Shown one piece after another: positions 51,150 through 64,000 of a stretch of DNA of 64,000 nucleotides. This stretch comes from Mobula hypostoma (Eukaryota). Location: the NCBI RefSeq assembly GCF_963921235.1, contig NC_086097.1, positions 152,026,001-152,090,000 on the forward strand, read 5' to 3'. Position 1 is the first letter of the stretch. Each line of letters begins with the position of its first letter. Made by a program: the position numbers and the translations under genes. The notes under the pieces were generated by a model. That model made no database searches. It was not told the DNA's origin and saw only the letters and a list, made by a program, of their open reading frames with translations.

Positions 51150-52285
51150 GGAAGAGTTCATGGTTTCATTGTTCATTCAGAAATCAGAGGGTGAAGTGGA
51201 AGAAACTTCATGAAATGCTAAGTGTGTGACTTCAGGCTTCTGTACCTCCTCTTTGATGGTAGTAATGAGAAGAGGGCCTGTCCTTGGTAATGGGCGTCCT
51301 TAATGATGGATGCCACCTTTTAGTCATTGCCTTTTGAAGGTATATTGGATACTTTCTGCAGCTTTTTCTGATTCAGTTCAGTGGCTCTTCCATTGCAGGT
51401 GATGATGCAACAAGTCAGAATGCTCTCCATGATACATTTGTAAAATTTTGTGAGTGTCCTTGGTGACATACCAAATCTCCTCAAGCTCCAAATGAAATAT
51501 GGCCACTGCTGTGCCTTCTTTGTAATTGCATCAATATGTTGGGCCCAGGATAGAATCTTCAGAGATGTTGATACCCAGGAACTTGAAGTTGCTCACCCTT
51601 TCCACTTCTTCTCCCTTGATGAGAAATGGTGTGTGTTTCCTCAAGTTCCCCTTCCTGAAGTCCACAATCAGTTTCTGGTCTTAGTGGCAAGGCTGTTGCT
51701 GCGACACGCTCTTCAAGCAGCTGATCTATCTTGCTCCTGTAACCCTTCTCATCACCTTCTGAAATCCTGCTAACAATAGTTGTGTCATTGGAAGATTTAT
51801 AGATGGTGTTTAAGCTCCGCCTAGCCACACATTCGTGGGTGTAGAGAGAGTAGAGCAGTGGGCTAAGCACACATCCTTGAGGTGTGCCAGTGTTGATTGT
51901 CAGTCAGCAGGATACGTCATTTCCAACCCGCACAGACTATGGTTTTTCTAGTGAGGAAGTCAAGGATACAGCTGCAGAGCGAGATTCAGAGGCCGAGATT
52001 TTACAGCTTTTTGATTAGAACTGATGGTGCGATTGTGTTAAATGCTGAGCTGTAGTCAATAAAGAGCGAGCTAATGTAAGTATTACTATTGTCCTGATCC
52101 AAGGCCAAATGAAGAGCCAGTGAGATTGCATCCACTGTAGCGATAGACAAATTGCAGCGGCTCCAGATCCTTGCTGAGGCAGGAGTTTATTCTGGTCATG
52201 ACCAACTTCTCAAAACACTTCATCACAGTTGATGTGAGTGTCACTGGGTGTTAGCTGTTGAAGCAACTCATCCTGCTCTTCCTGG
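51150..52285 (-). mobile_element. Rex1/Babar RT and C-terminal fragment
   Basis: LSPLLYSLYTHECVAR..IYKSSNDTTIV (51559-51870). Confidence 0.88.
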
Positions 52286-52919
52286 GCATTGGTATGATGG
52301 TTTTATCAACTCCCAGCTTTTTACATTATCCCCCCTACCCCACCCATCATTTAACATTCCACTCACCTGGTCTCACCTATCACCTGTCAGCTTGTCTCCT
52401 CCCCCTCCCCCTATCTTCTTATTCTGCCCCCTTCCTTTCCAGTCTTGATGAAGTTTATTTCCTCCAAAGTTACTCTTTGACTAGCTGAATTCCCCCAGTA
52501 TTTTGTGTGTGTTGCTAAGAATTTCCTCTTGTGTCTATCATTCATTCTCAATTACCCCTGATCTGGGAAAAGAAAAAAAAGTTATTCGTTATGTTGGGAC
52601 TTCAGACACATAGAAGGTAGAGTATTTCAGAAAATTAATTTTCTTAACCTGTGGACATTAATTAACCAGGTGACATTTTAGAAGAATCCATCAGTTTCAT
52701 TGTTAACATTATGTTGAAATAAAACTTTCTATTTACTATCACTCTGAAGATAACGTTTTACAGGAACCTGTATTTATCTAGTTACTTGAATTTAAAGATC
52801 TAATGTTCCTTATAATTCTAAATCAAACCTCTGGATTTACTAACCAAGGAATTTAACAACTGATCCACCCTGTACTGATCATTGAGTTTCAGAAACATGA
52901 GGTTCAATTGTTGTTCAGT

Positions 52920-53110
52920 CCAAACATCGTAATGGGGAATAATTGTGATCTAAGTGACTGATTATGGAATAATTGTTGGTACTGGACAGGGTGGTTTGAG
53001 TATCTCAGAAACTGCTGATTTCCTGGAATTTTTAAGCACAGAACCGCGGCTCACTGGATTTGTTTTTTTTTTTGTTTTTCACACCATTCTCTGTAAATTC
53101 TAAAGTCTGT
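52920..53110 (+). mobile_element. Small Tc1-like relic
   Basis: Resembles the Tc1 transposase N-terminal segment (ttgagtatctcagaaactgctgat); short and decayed. Confidence 0.5.
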
Positions 53111-53304
53111 TTGGTCCTGGGGAAAAAAAAGATATTGCTGTGTAATCCTTTTTATGCCTCTCAGAATGTTAAGCTTCTCTCAGATGTCCCTTCAGCCGCC
53201 ACCACTCTAGAGAAAACAATCTAAGTTTGTCAAGCTTCTCCTGATCGCACATGCCCTCCATAATCATGAGAAACCTACTCTGCACCCTCCCCAGAGTCTC
53301 AACA

Positions 53305-53695
53305 ACCATTTGTTATGTACCATGTCGTACCACGTGGGTGATCATGGTCTTTTCATGAACATGATCGTTCTTGGCAAATTTCTCTGCAGAAGTGGTTTGT
53401 CATTGCCTTCTTGTGGACAGTGTCTTTACAAAATGGGTGACCCCAGCCATTATCAATACCCTTCAGAGATTATCTTCCTGGGGTCAGTCGTCACATAACA
53501 TCACAGGTCTTGTGATGTGAACCAGAAGCTTGTACAACCATCCACGGCCTACTCCCATGGCTTCATGTGGCCCTGATTGGAGGGCGGGGGCTAAGCAGGT
53601 GTATATTTTGCCCAAGGGTGACCTGCAGGGTAGCAGAGGAAAGAAGTGCTTTACAGCTCCTTTGGTAGAGAAGTACCTCCACTCTGCCACCCAAA
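53305..53695 (-). mobile_element. Non-autonomous element with RTE-type 3' tail, inserted in a minus-strand CR1 fragment (53150-53935)
   Basis: Minus strand ggcaatgacaaaccacttc...tttgccaagaa matches RTE 3' tails as recalled; CR1 sequence on both sides. Confidence 0.65.
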
Positions 53696-54384
53696 ATTTG
53701 CCACATCCTTCCTATAAAGGGGTGAACAGAACTGCATCCGACTCTCCAGATACAGCCTAGCCAGAGTTTTATAAAGCTGCAATATAACCTCCTGACTCTT
53801 GAACTTAGTGCTCTGGCTAGTATAGGCAAGCACACTTTTTTTTTTAACCACCCTGTCAACCTCTGCAGCAACCTTCAGGGAGTTATGGACTTGAACCCCA
53901 AGGTCCCTCTACATATCAACACAGTCAAGGGTCCTAATGGTTTACATTGATAAAATTATAATTGTTTATCTCTATGATTGAGTCCAGTCTCACCAGTTAA
54001 AGTGTGTGCACTGCACCCATGAGGTCAAACAGGCCTGCAGGAGAAAGACTAATGAACCAACATTCTTCTATTTTACCTGAGAATGGATGTATGTGTGTGA
54101 GTAATTACCTGTTCCACAATAACTACCTAAAAACAACTTTTCTCTGAGACCCTGTTAAATATCCCTCTTGGTCCTGACAGCTGCTAGGAAAGCAATGGAA
54201 AACTTGGAATAACTCCCTGCAGATAACTCTAACATCTCCTGTGATAAGAATTCAGTATGAGCATACTGCTGAAATTTAATGAAAGCAGTTTCCCTTCAAG
54301 ACATGCAATCATCCTATAAATAAAAAATGTTGCAGCTGTTTCTGGAAATTGTGCTGTGAAGCCATTGGCCAGTCAGACAACCAA

Positions 54385-55405
54385 TCGTACTCACTTCACA
54401 TCTATGACTGCGTGGCTAAGCACAGCTCCAATACCAGATTCAAGTCTGCTGATGACAGCTTTATTGTGGGCTGAATCAAAGGTGGTGATGAATCAGCATT
54501 CAGGAGGGAGATTAAAAATTTGGCTGAGTGGTGTCATAACAACAACCTCTGACTCAATGTCAGAAAAAACAAGGAAATGTAGCGTTCAGGAGAGGGAAAC
54601 CAAAGGTCCATGACCCAGTCCTCATTGGAGGATCAGAGGCAGAGAGGGTTAGTAACTTTAAATTCCAGGGCAGTGCTGTTTAAAAGGACCTGTCCTGGAC
54701 CCAGCACGTAAGTGCAATTGTGAAGAAAGCACAACATGTCTCTATTTCCTTAGGAATCTGCGAAGATTCAGCTTGACATCTAAAACTTGAACAAACTTCT
54801 ATAGATGTGAGGTGGTGAGTGTAATGATTGGCTACGTCACTGCTGTCTGCTATGGAAACACCAATGTCTTTGAACAGGAAGTCCTACAAAAGGTAATCAA
54901 TTCGGCCTAGTACATCATGGGTAAAGCCCTCCGAACCATTGAACCAACAGAATCTCAATGAAATGCTGTAGGAAAGCAGCATTCATCATCAGAGATCCTT
55001 ACCACCCAGCTCATGCTCTTTTCTCACTGCTGCTATCAGGAAGAAGGTACAAGACTGTCAGGAATCACACAACCAGGTACAAGAACAGTTACTACACCAC
55101 AACCATCAGGCTCTTGAACAAAGGGGTTAACTAATCACTTGCCCATCCATTGAGAGGTTCCCACAACCAATGATCTCACTTTAAGGACTCTTGTTACCTT
55201 GTTATTTCATGTCCTTATTATCGTTATTTATTTATATTTGCATTTGCACAGTTTGTTGTTTTCTGTACTCTAGTTCATCTTTCATTGATCCTCTTATAGT
55301 TACTATTCTATAGATCTGTGGAATTACGCCCACAGGCAAATGAATCTCAGGGTTGTATATGGTGACATATATGTACTTTGATAATAAAATTTACTTAGAA
55401 CTTTG
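54385..55405 (+). mobile_element. Rex1/Babar 3' fragment
   Basis: Colinear with 62110-63655; tail aatctcagggttgtatatggtgacatatatgtactttgataataaa. Confidence 0.88.
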
Positions 55406-57570
55406 AAATTCTGTAGATCCTGGAAATCCAAAGCAACACACACAAAGTGCTAGAGGAACTCAGCAGATCAGACATCTTCTAAGAAGATGAACAAACAGTC
55501 GACATTTCAGGCCAAAAGGTCAGGAGTGGAAAGGAAGGGGGAAAGTGACAGAATGAAAATGAGGGGTTAGGGGAAGGAGGTAGCTGGAACGTGCTAGTTG
55601 AAGCCAGGTGGGTAGGAAAGGTAAAGAGATGGAGAGGAGGGAATCTGTCAGGAGAGAAGAGTGGATGATAGGAGAAGGTGAAGACCCAGGGGGAGGTGAG
55701 GAGAAGTGAAGGGTCAGAGTGGGCAATAGAAGAAGAGGGGAGGGAGAGGGATATTTCTACTGGAAGGAGAAATCGATATTCATGCCATCGGTTTGGAGGT
55801 GGAATGTAAAGTGTTGCTCCCCCACCCTGAGGGTGGCTGCATTGTGCCAACATCAAAAAAGATGTTGAATAATACAGGACTGGAGGTGTTATATTTGAAT
55901 GCACACAGTATATGGAATAAGATAGATAATCTTGTAGCACAGTTAGAGATTGGTAGATATGATGTTGTGGGCATCACTGAGTCATGGTTGAGAGGAGAAC
56001 ATAATTAGGAGTTTAACATCTCAGGTTACATATTATATTGAAGAACAGGCAGGTCGGCAGAGAATGTGGAGTGTTTCTGTTGGTTAAAAAATGAAGTTAA
56101 ATCCTTGGAAGGAGGTGACATAGGATCAGAAGATATAGCATCCTTGTAGGTAGAGATAAGAAACTGCAAGGGTGTAAAGACACAGGTGGGAATCATTTAC
56201 AGCATTCCAACAATAGCCAGGATGTGAACTACAAATTACAATGGAAGACAGAAAAGGCAGGTAAAAAGGGAAATTTTATGATAATTATGGGGAATTTCAA
56301 TATGCAGGTGGATTGGGAAAATCAAGTTGGTCCTAGATTCCAAGAGACAAATTGTAGAATGCCTATAAGGTGCCTTTTTAGAGTCTTTGTTGTTACAGGA
56401 ACGATCCTAGCATAGAGAGAGGATTGGCTCATTGGCAGGAGGAAAAGAGTGCGAATAAACGGAGCCTTTTCTAGTTAGCTGCCAGTGACTAGTGGTGCTC
56501 CACAAGGGTATTTCTTGGGACTGCTTCTTATACGTTATATGTCAGTGACTAGGATGACGGTATTGATGGCTTTGTGGCCAAGTTTGTGGATGATACAAAG
56601 ACAAGTGGAGAGGCAGGTTGTGCTGAAGAAGCAGGGAAGCTGCAGAAGGACTTAACAGATCAGCAGAATAGGCAAATAATTTCCACCTATCTCTGTCCTT
56701 TCTGTGGGGTCACTCTTTGTCCCCTTGCCCCCCCCCTTGCTGGTTTCCCTCCTGGCACATAGCTCTGCAAGCAGGATGTATTACACCTGCCCCTACATCT
56801 ACCCCCCCATTCACTATTTGGGGCCTTCAGTTGAGGAGACACTTCATCTATGAGTTTGTCATCTACTGTGCTGGTGCTCTCAGTGTGGTCTCCTCTATAA
56901 TGGAGAGACCTGGCATTGATTGGGGTACCGTTTCATCAAATGCCTTTGCTCTGTCTGCCACAAAAGGCAAAATTTCCTAATGGTCACCCATCTCAATTTA
57001 AGTTCCCATTTCCATTTTGACATGTCAGTCCATGGCCTTCTCTCCTACCACGATAAGGCCACAATCACCTCATATTCCAGCTGAGTGGCCTCCAACCCAA
57101 TGACATGACTGGCATTTTTTTTTAATCTGGTAATTTCTCATCCTACCCCTTCTCTCTTTTTCCAGTTCCCATTCTGGTTCCCATTTCACCCCCTCTCTTC
57201 TCCTCACCTGCCTAGGACAGCTCTCTGGTGCCCCTCCTCTTTCCCTTTCTTTCATGATTCACTGTCTGCTATCAGATTCCTTCTTCAGTGTTTTACCACT
57301 TTCACCTACCACATTCCATCTTCTTGCTTCATCTCTCCTAATCCTTCACCTGATCTCACCCATCACTTACCAGTTTGTACTTCCTCCGCTTCATCCACCT
57401 TCTTATTCTGGTTTCTGACCCCTTCTTTTGCAGTCTTGATGAATGGTCTCAGTCTAAAATATCGACTGTTTACCTCTCTCCATAAATGCTGCCTGACCTC
57501 CTGACTTCCTCCAGCACATTTTGTGTGCGTTCCTCAAGATTTCCAGTATCTGCAAAACCTCCTGTGTTTG
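55406..57570. mobile_element. Cluster: Penelope 3' end (minus, 55406-55850), CR1 pieces (plus, 55860-56660), Penelope 3' end (plus, 56680-57570)
   Basis: YLNAHSIWNK..GITESWL and KFVDDTK CR1 motifs; Penelope pieces homologous to 27546-28232. Confidence 0.8.
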
Positions 57571-59628
57571 TCCATGCTCTTTCATTCCAGTCTTCTCAAA
57601 ATGAATGCTAACCTTGCATGTGACTTCCTCAATACCAACTCATCCTGCAAGTTAACCTTTAGGATTTCCTGCACTGGGACTCCCAAGTTCCCAAAATGAT
57701 TTGGGTGTTGAATAATTTAGTTATGTGTGACAAGATGCCAGCTGGAATATCAGAAGGATCAGATTTTTTTTGTCATCCAAGCTTTTTTTATTTTCTAATG
57801 CATGATTGAGAGGAAATAAAATTAAAATAATTCTTGGCATCTTTCCCCATCAGAAGTCCTCTAGCATGCACCAATGTTTTTGAAGTTTCTCCCTTTCATC
57901 TGTATTCAGATACTAATTGAAGTTTTCTTATCACACATCATATTGGCTTTGCTGCTGATCACCAACGCAGTCCTGATTTGTGTTCCATCAGCACCATCAT
58001 TTCCTCTATAAACTGATTCTGCTGTTAATCTATTTGTTACTCTAACTGGTGATAAGCTTGTTATTGTTCTACAAGCACTCCCTATCTGTAGAATCAAAAT
58101 CGGGTTTATTCTCACTGCTTTATATGATGTGAAATTTGTTGTTTTAGAGCAGCAGTATAGTGCAAAGAAAAATAATACTATAAATTACACAATAAATAAA
58201 TAGTGCAACATAAAAGGAACAATGAAGTTTATTACCATTCAGAAATCTGATGGGGTAGGGGAAGAAGCTGTTTCTGAATTATTGAGCGTGGCTCTTCAGG
58301 ATGCTGTACGTCCTCCTTTGGGGTATATTTGAATTCAGATAAATTTTAAAAGGACATTCCCAGTATCTGAGTTTCACTTAGTTTCTCATCATTTGTTGTG
58401 CTGAGTATATTTTACCTGTGTCATACAGTCATAGAGAGGAACAGGAAAAACAGACTCGGCGTTCCTCATCTGCACCAACCATTTACACTAATCATGCGTT
58501 AAAGTGATTTAATGTTATTCTTCCAGATTCATCCTGCACACAAGGGGAAATTTATATTGGCCAATTAATCTATTGAGCCACAGAACTTTTGGGAGTTGGG
58601 AGTACGAAGAAGAAGCCCATGTAATCACAGTGAAAATATGTAACTTCTCTATAGGCATCCAAGGTGGGGAATGAATGTGGTTCTCTGGCACCACCTTGTG
58701 CTTCACAATCATTGAAAATCTGTTCCAAATCTTAATAAATAATGTCAATATGTCATATAGTCTATTATTCCTAAGATCTACTCAGGATCTAACATTTACA
58801 TTCAGAATCCTTGCATGTACACTTAGAGTCATAGAATCATGAAAAACTACACCATATATATAACAAGCCCTTCAGCTCTTCTAGTCCATGCTGAACTACT
58901 ATTCTGCCTCATCACATTGACCTGCACCTGGACCATTGCCCTGCAAGTCCCTCTCATTCATGCACTTATCCAAACTTCTCTCACTCGTTCCATTTTGAAA
59001 TATTTTTGCATCAAATCATACTGTTTTAGGTAACACCAAATGTTCTACAATCCCTTTCCTCAAAATGTCTTGAGGCACCCTGCACTACCTTTTATGGTAC
59101 TTTGGCAGTGGCTTAGATTTCTGGACAATGTCTTGAATACCAGACAGCCTTGTGCCGAACAACCGGAGGTGCTGCTGTCAAAGTTCTGGTCTGGTCAATG
59201 GTGCATGTTGCTACCAATCACAATATTACAACCTTGTCTGAGACTTTAAGAATAGGTCATTTAGTCCCTCAAGACTGCTCTGTTGTTCAATTCAATTATA
59301 GATCATTCTGCTCTCAACTCTATTTACCTGTCCTATCATTAACTTTTATACATTTTCCCACCAAAATCAGGTCAGTCTCAATCAGAAAGTTCCAATGCTG
59401 GTCGGCGCTGGAGATTATTGCACAAGGGTGCATGAGTGGAAAAAGATGGCAATTTTGTAAATAATGAACTATGCTTTCCAGTTTCCTGCTGAAGTCCGAA
59501 CACTTATTTTAAGACTATGAAATTTTCTTGCTGACCTGGTAAAATACTTTCTCCAAATTATCCAATTCACTTGAAATCCTCGATCACAGACCCAGTGTTA
59601 TTGCAAACCTCATGTTTACATCACTTAC

Positions 59629-59699
59629 CTGCTGAGACTCTGGAGTTACTATTCATGGCAGCAAACTGAATGTAACTGAGAGCTTCATTAACATCTTGC
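59629..59699 (-). CDS. Upstream exon of the unidentified gene; candidate start ATG at 59656 (MNSNSRVSA)
   Basis: Consensus donor CAG|gtaagtg; ends in phase 1 so G|TA joins the 40-nt exon; gctgccATGa Kozak-like context; alternative acceptor ttattctggctcag| at 59700. Confidence 0.55.
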
Positions 59700-61295
59700 C
59701 TGAGCCAGAATAAGTGCCATGCCTCCCAGCTCACTGTACTATCTTGTTTCCAGTACAAAAGGCACTTTTATTCAGGAGTTCCTCAAAGGGGAGAAAAATG
59801 GTCTACAGTGAAGGGCTTAAGGAATAGGAGAGTGTCTTTATTGTGTAACTGTCAGTTCAGATTCACTATGATATCAGCCTCCAGGCTTCCCATCAACACT
59901 CTATCACTGCAACAGTCAACACATTATATTCTGTTCCACCTCCCTGCGTCCCACAGGCTAAGAATCAAGAGCAAGTTATCACTGACCTGTAATTTTAATG
60001 TCTGAATAATGGACGCCAGCAACAATACACATGTGCAATACTTAAAACATTTAATGAAACAGGCTAATTAATTTATACAATATAATCTTATCAGAGTATG
60101 ACTTTTCAATAATTTAAAACAAGGGCTTAAGCTTCATTTGAGCCATCATGTTTCTTCGTATTTTCTGCAACACTAATTCATTCTGTCTGGAGAGCCTTGC
60201 TGCTCTGATGAGAGATGATTGTTCTGAAATGTTAATCCTGCCTTCTCCTCTCTACAATTCCTGACCTGCTGAAGTAAATGTGCAGAAAGTTATTTTCCAT
60301 GTTTTTCTTTAGTTGGTAATTACAGTTTTTCTTTCACCCATTTAGTCCCTTAAAAATTATGAGAGTTAAACATAGGGTAGATAGACTGTCTAGGCTGGCA
60401 TACAGTCAATAATCCCTTTCCCACCTTCTTTTTCCATGGACTCTCAACCATTTTGTCAAGAGATCCCTACTGATCCACCCTGTCACTTTGTGTTCCTTTG
60501 AGTTCTCTCTTCCACTTAGACTTTTTTTGCATCTTAAAATTGCTTTCTTTTAGTACTTGTATTTTATTCCATGGCCCCGACTGGTTATCATGGTGATTGA
60601 CGTTAAACATTAACGTTCATCCTTTCTTTGCAGATGCTGCTGATCTGTTGAGCATTTCTGGTATTTTTTTGTTTTTTCTTAGTTTACTAGCAACTGCAGT
60701 ATTTCAAAGTTGGAGTTTCAAACGTGTTGGATACAAATCCAAATTCAATTTTCAGTTGCCAATTTATAGAGGATTGTGTAAACAGTTCTATTGCTAAAAA
60801 CCTTATACTGTAAACCTCTTCCGAAACCTATGATCTCAAGGTGAAGCTATTGCTGCCTCAACGTGCCTCTCTGTGTCTCTGCTATCTTAGGAGTGTGGTG
60901 TCCTGCTGAAGGTCTATCGCTCAGTAACACTTACATCCACAGTGATGAAGTGTTTTCAGAGGATGGTGATGAAACATACCAACTGCTACCAGAGAAGCAA
61001 CTTAGATCCACTCTAATGTGCCTACCTGAGCAACAGGTCATCTCATTGGCTCTTCACTCAACCCTGTATATCTAGACAGCAAAGGCACACACACCCGAAT
61101 ACTCTCTATCAACTACAGCTCAGCATTCAATACCACCATCCCTTCAAAACTAATCAATAAGCTCCAAGATCCTGGCCTCAATACCTCTGTGTGCAATTGG
61201 AACCTGGATTTCTTGACTTGCAGACCCCAGTCAGTTCGGATTGGCAACAGCATCTCCTCCATAATCTCTATCCATACAGGTTCAATGCCCCCATT

Positions 61296-62064
61296 TAATA
61301 TTAGAAAATGTATTCAATATACAACATGAGATTCTCATTCCACAGACATTCTTGAAACAGAAGAAAAACCCCAACGAATGAATGACAGAAAAATTGTAAG
61401 AACCGCAAAGCCCCCAACCTTCCTCCCTCCCTCCCCCCACTTATTCTAGCACAAAGCATGAGCATTTCCACCACCAGCCATGCTAGCAATAGCAGAAGCC
61501 CCAAACAGAGACCAGGGTCTACAGAATATCAAAAACTAACCGTTCTCTCCAACATTTTGATATCCTTCAGGATCTCTCGACAGTTATCACTCCTTCCACA
61601 GAGAGAAGAGAGACAAACAGGCAGTCTGAAGTTTTGCTTTTTATTTCGAGTTCCCTGACTCGAGAATCGGCAGCCAACTCTCACTTGCCATCGAGAGAAT
61701 GAGAGACGATCAATCATTGAGTGCAGAGGCCTCCAACAGCCACTCACATTGTCATCGATGTTTCGGCTCCTGCTGCAATTTAGTTCATGATGCCAGCGAG
61801 GATTTGTGTCCACAGACCCATGCAAAGCCGCACCCTGAAGGCACCGAACTTTAGACTGAACCCAGGACTATCAAAAATGTGGCCGAACGGTGAGCTCCAA
61901 GAAGCGGAACACCCCACTGTGCAGAACAGCAGTTTGAATGCCACTGTAAATCAAAGTCCCCTGACAGGATCCCAGCCACCCTGAACAGGAAAAAGGAGGG
62001 AGAATTGAACTGTTTCGCTGTTGGGCTGGGAGAAGTTGCTCTCCCGTGCCATCTTTTGTTCTTC
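61296..62064 (-). mobile_element. Non-autonomous element with AAGATGGC head and Rex1-like tail
   Basis: Interrupts the Rex1 RT; flanked by cccccatt (61288-61295, 62065-62072); organisation resembles 9030-9750. Confidence 0.55.
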
Positions 62065-62256
62065 CCCCCATTGCTTCTTTTTGTGCAAAACTAAGCTGTG
62101 TGCTTAGGCCCCTGCTTTACTCACGTTATACTTGTGACTATATGGCGAAGCACAGCTCCATTGCCGTAGTCAAGTTTGCGGGCTGTCATAAGCTGATCAA
62201 AGGTGATGATGAATCAGCATAGAGAAGGGAAATTGAAATATAAAAACAACCTCTTA

Positions 62257-62714
62257 GAAACATAGAGACATAGAAAACCTACAGCACAATACAGGCCTTT
62301 CGGCCCACAATGCTGTGCCGAAAATGTACTTACTTTAGAAATTACCTAGGGTTACCCATAGCCCTCTATTTTTCTAAGCTCCATGTACCTATCCAGGAGT
62401 TTCTTAAAAGACCCTATTGTATCCGTCTCCACCACTGTTGCCGGCAGCCCATTTCTTGCACTCACCACTCTCTGCGTAAAAAAACACCCCTGACATCTCC
62501 TCTGTACCTTCTTCCAAACACCTTAAAACTGTGTCCTCTCGTGCTAGCTATTTCAGCCCTGGGAAAAAGCCTCTGACTATCCACACAATCAATGCCTCTC
62601 ATCATCTTATCCATCTCTATCAGGTCACCTCTCATCCTCCGTTGCTCCAAGGAGAAAAGACCAACTTCACTCAACCTATTTTCATAAGGCATGCTCCCCA
62701 ATCCAGGCAACATC
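62257..62714 (-). mobile_element. CR1 3' end inserted in Rex1
   Basis: MLPGLGSMPYENRLSEVGLFSLEQRRMRGDLIE; closely resembles 15630-16095; ctta on both flanks. Confidence 0.92.
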
Positions 62715-63699
62715 CTTACTCAATGTCAGCAAGACCAAGGAGCTGACTATTGACTTCAGGAGAAGGAATCTAGAGGTCCATAAACCAGTCCTCATCAGGG
62801 GATCAGAGGTGAAGAGGGTTAGCAACTTTAAATTCCCCAGTGTCATTATTTTGGAGGACCTGTCTCGGACCCAGCATATAAGTGCTGTTACGAAGAAAGC
62901 ACAACAGCATATTTACTTCCTCAGGAGTTTGCAGAGATTTGGCATGACATCTAAAATTTTGCCAATTTTCTGTAGACATGTAGTGGAGAATATATTGACT
63001 GTCTGCATCACGGCCTGGTATAGAAACACTAATGCCCTTGATTGGAAAATTCTACAAAAAATAGTCATTACAGCTCAGTCCATCATGGGGAAAACACTCC
63101 CAACCATTGAGCATATCTATATAAAATGCTGTGGCAGGAAAGCTGCATCCATCGTCGACCTCCGCCACCCAGGACATGCTCTCTTCTCACTGCTGCCATC
63201 TGGAAGAAGATACAGGAGCCTCAGGACTCACATTAGCAGGTTCAGGAACAGTTATTACCCCTCAAACATAAGGCTGTTGAACCAAAGAGGATAATTTCAC
63301 CCAACTTCACTTGTTCCATCATTGAAATGTTCTCACAACCAATGAACTCACTTTCAAGGACTCTTCATCTCATGTTCTCAATATTTATTGCTTATTTAAT
63401 ATTATTACCATTATTATTATTATTAATACTTTTTCTATTTTCAAAGTTTGTTGTCTTCTGCACTCTGGTTGAATGCCTTCTTTTGGTGCTCTTTTTACTG
63501 ATCCTGTTATGGTTATTATTCTATTGATCTTCATTGATTCTGTTTACAGTTACTGTTCTATAGATTTGCTGAGTATCCCTGCTGAAAAAAGACTCTCAGG
63601 GTTGTATGTGGTGGTAAGTATGAACTCTGATAATAAATCTACTTTGAACTTTGAAAGGAATCATCAGCTGGAGAAAAGAGACTTACCACTAGTCTTCAG

Positions 63700-64000
63700 G
63701 GCTTAGATTAGAGCATGTAGGACAGACCCAAAAGCCTATGGCATTTATGGTGGCCATGATGCCAATTTAAATTAATCCCAACTGCCTGCACGTCATTTAA
63801 ATTCATCCATCCTTTCCCTGTTAATTCATCTGTCTATATGCCTCTTAAATGTTGCTATTGTTTGTTATTTCACCTTCTCCCTTGGCAGCATGTTCCAGGC
63901 ACCTAGCCCTATTTGTGTAAATGAGTTTGCTTTTAATCCTCCTTTAATCCTTCCTCTCTCACCTTAATCCTATGCTCTCTAGTATCTGATATTTCCATTC
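63700..64000 (-). mobile_element. Decayed CR1 3' end
   Basis: Reverse complement resembles 34490-34800. Confidence 0.7.

Larger units (their letters stand above)
61070..63655 (+). mobile_element. Rex1/Babar LINE 3' half with two nested insertions
   Basis: [12 protein letters not shown] motif near 61110; open C-terminal ORF 62809-63294 (KKAQQHIYFLRSL..HPGHALFSLLPSGRRYRS); Rex tail. Confidence 0.9.

Noticed and set aside
57906..58115. Minus ORF with an apparent acceptor
   Set aside because: The acceptor-like sequence is the tail of a Rex1 fragment (58085-58320).
1..64000. CRISPR arrays, operons or other prokaryotic systems
   Set aside because: The sequence is vertebrate repeat-rich DNA; no repeat-spacer array or dense gene packing is present.

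Overview
Eukaryotic, AT-rich, repeat-saturated vertebrate DNA. The repeat spectrum (CR1, Penelope-like, Rex1/Babar, L1, Tx1, Tc1, Gypsy, tRNA-SINEs) suggests a cartilaginous fish, probably a ray; this is inference. Most of the window is nested, decayed transposable elements. These include a full-length Gmr1-like LTR retrotransposon (SCAN-bearing Gag, integrase before RT; 16635-22860, minus), a full-length Tc1 relic, an L1 ORF2, many CR1 and Rex1 copies, and about ten Penelope-like terminal repeats carrying minimal hammerhead-ribozyme motifs. Among the repeats I reconstructed by eye a minus-strand, four-exon, phase-consistent coding gene (59699/59656-59629, 37426-37387, 36870-36672, 36366-36148). 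It encodes 161 aa from a Kozak-context ATG, the ORF track sees only one of its exons, and I cannot assign it to a family. A ~190-bp inverted templated insertion copying an LTR/flank junction is also visible. All assignments were made by eye without database searches, and repeat boundaries are approximate unless a TSD is cited.
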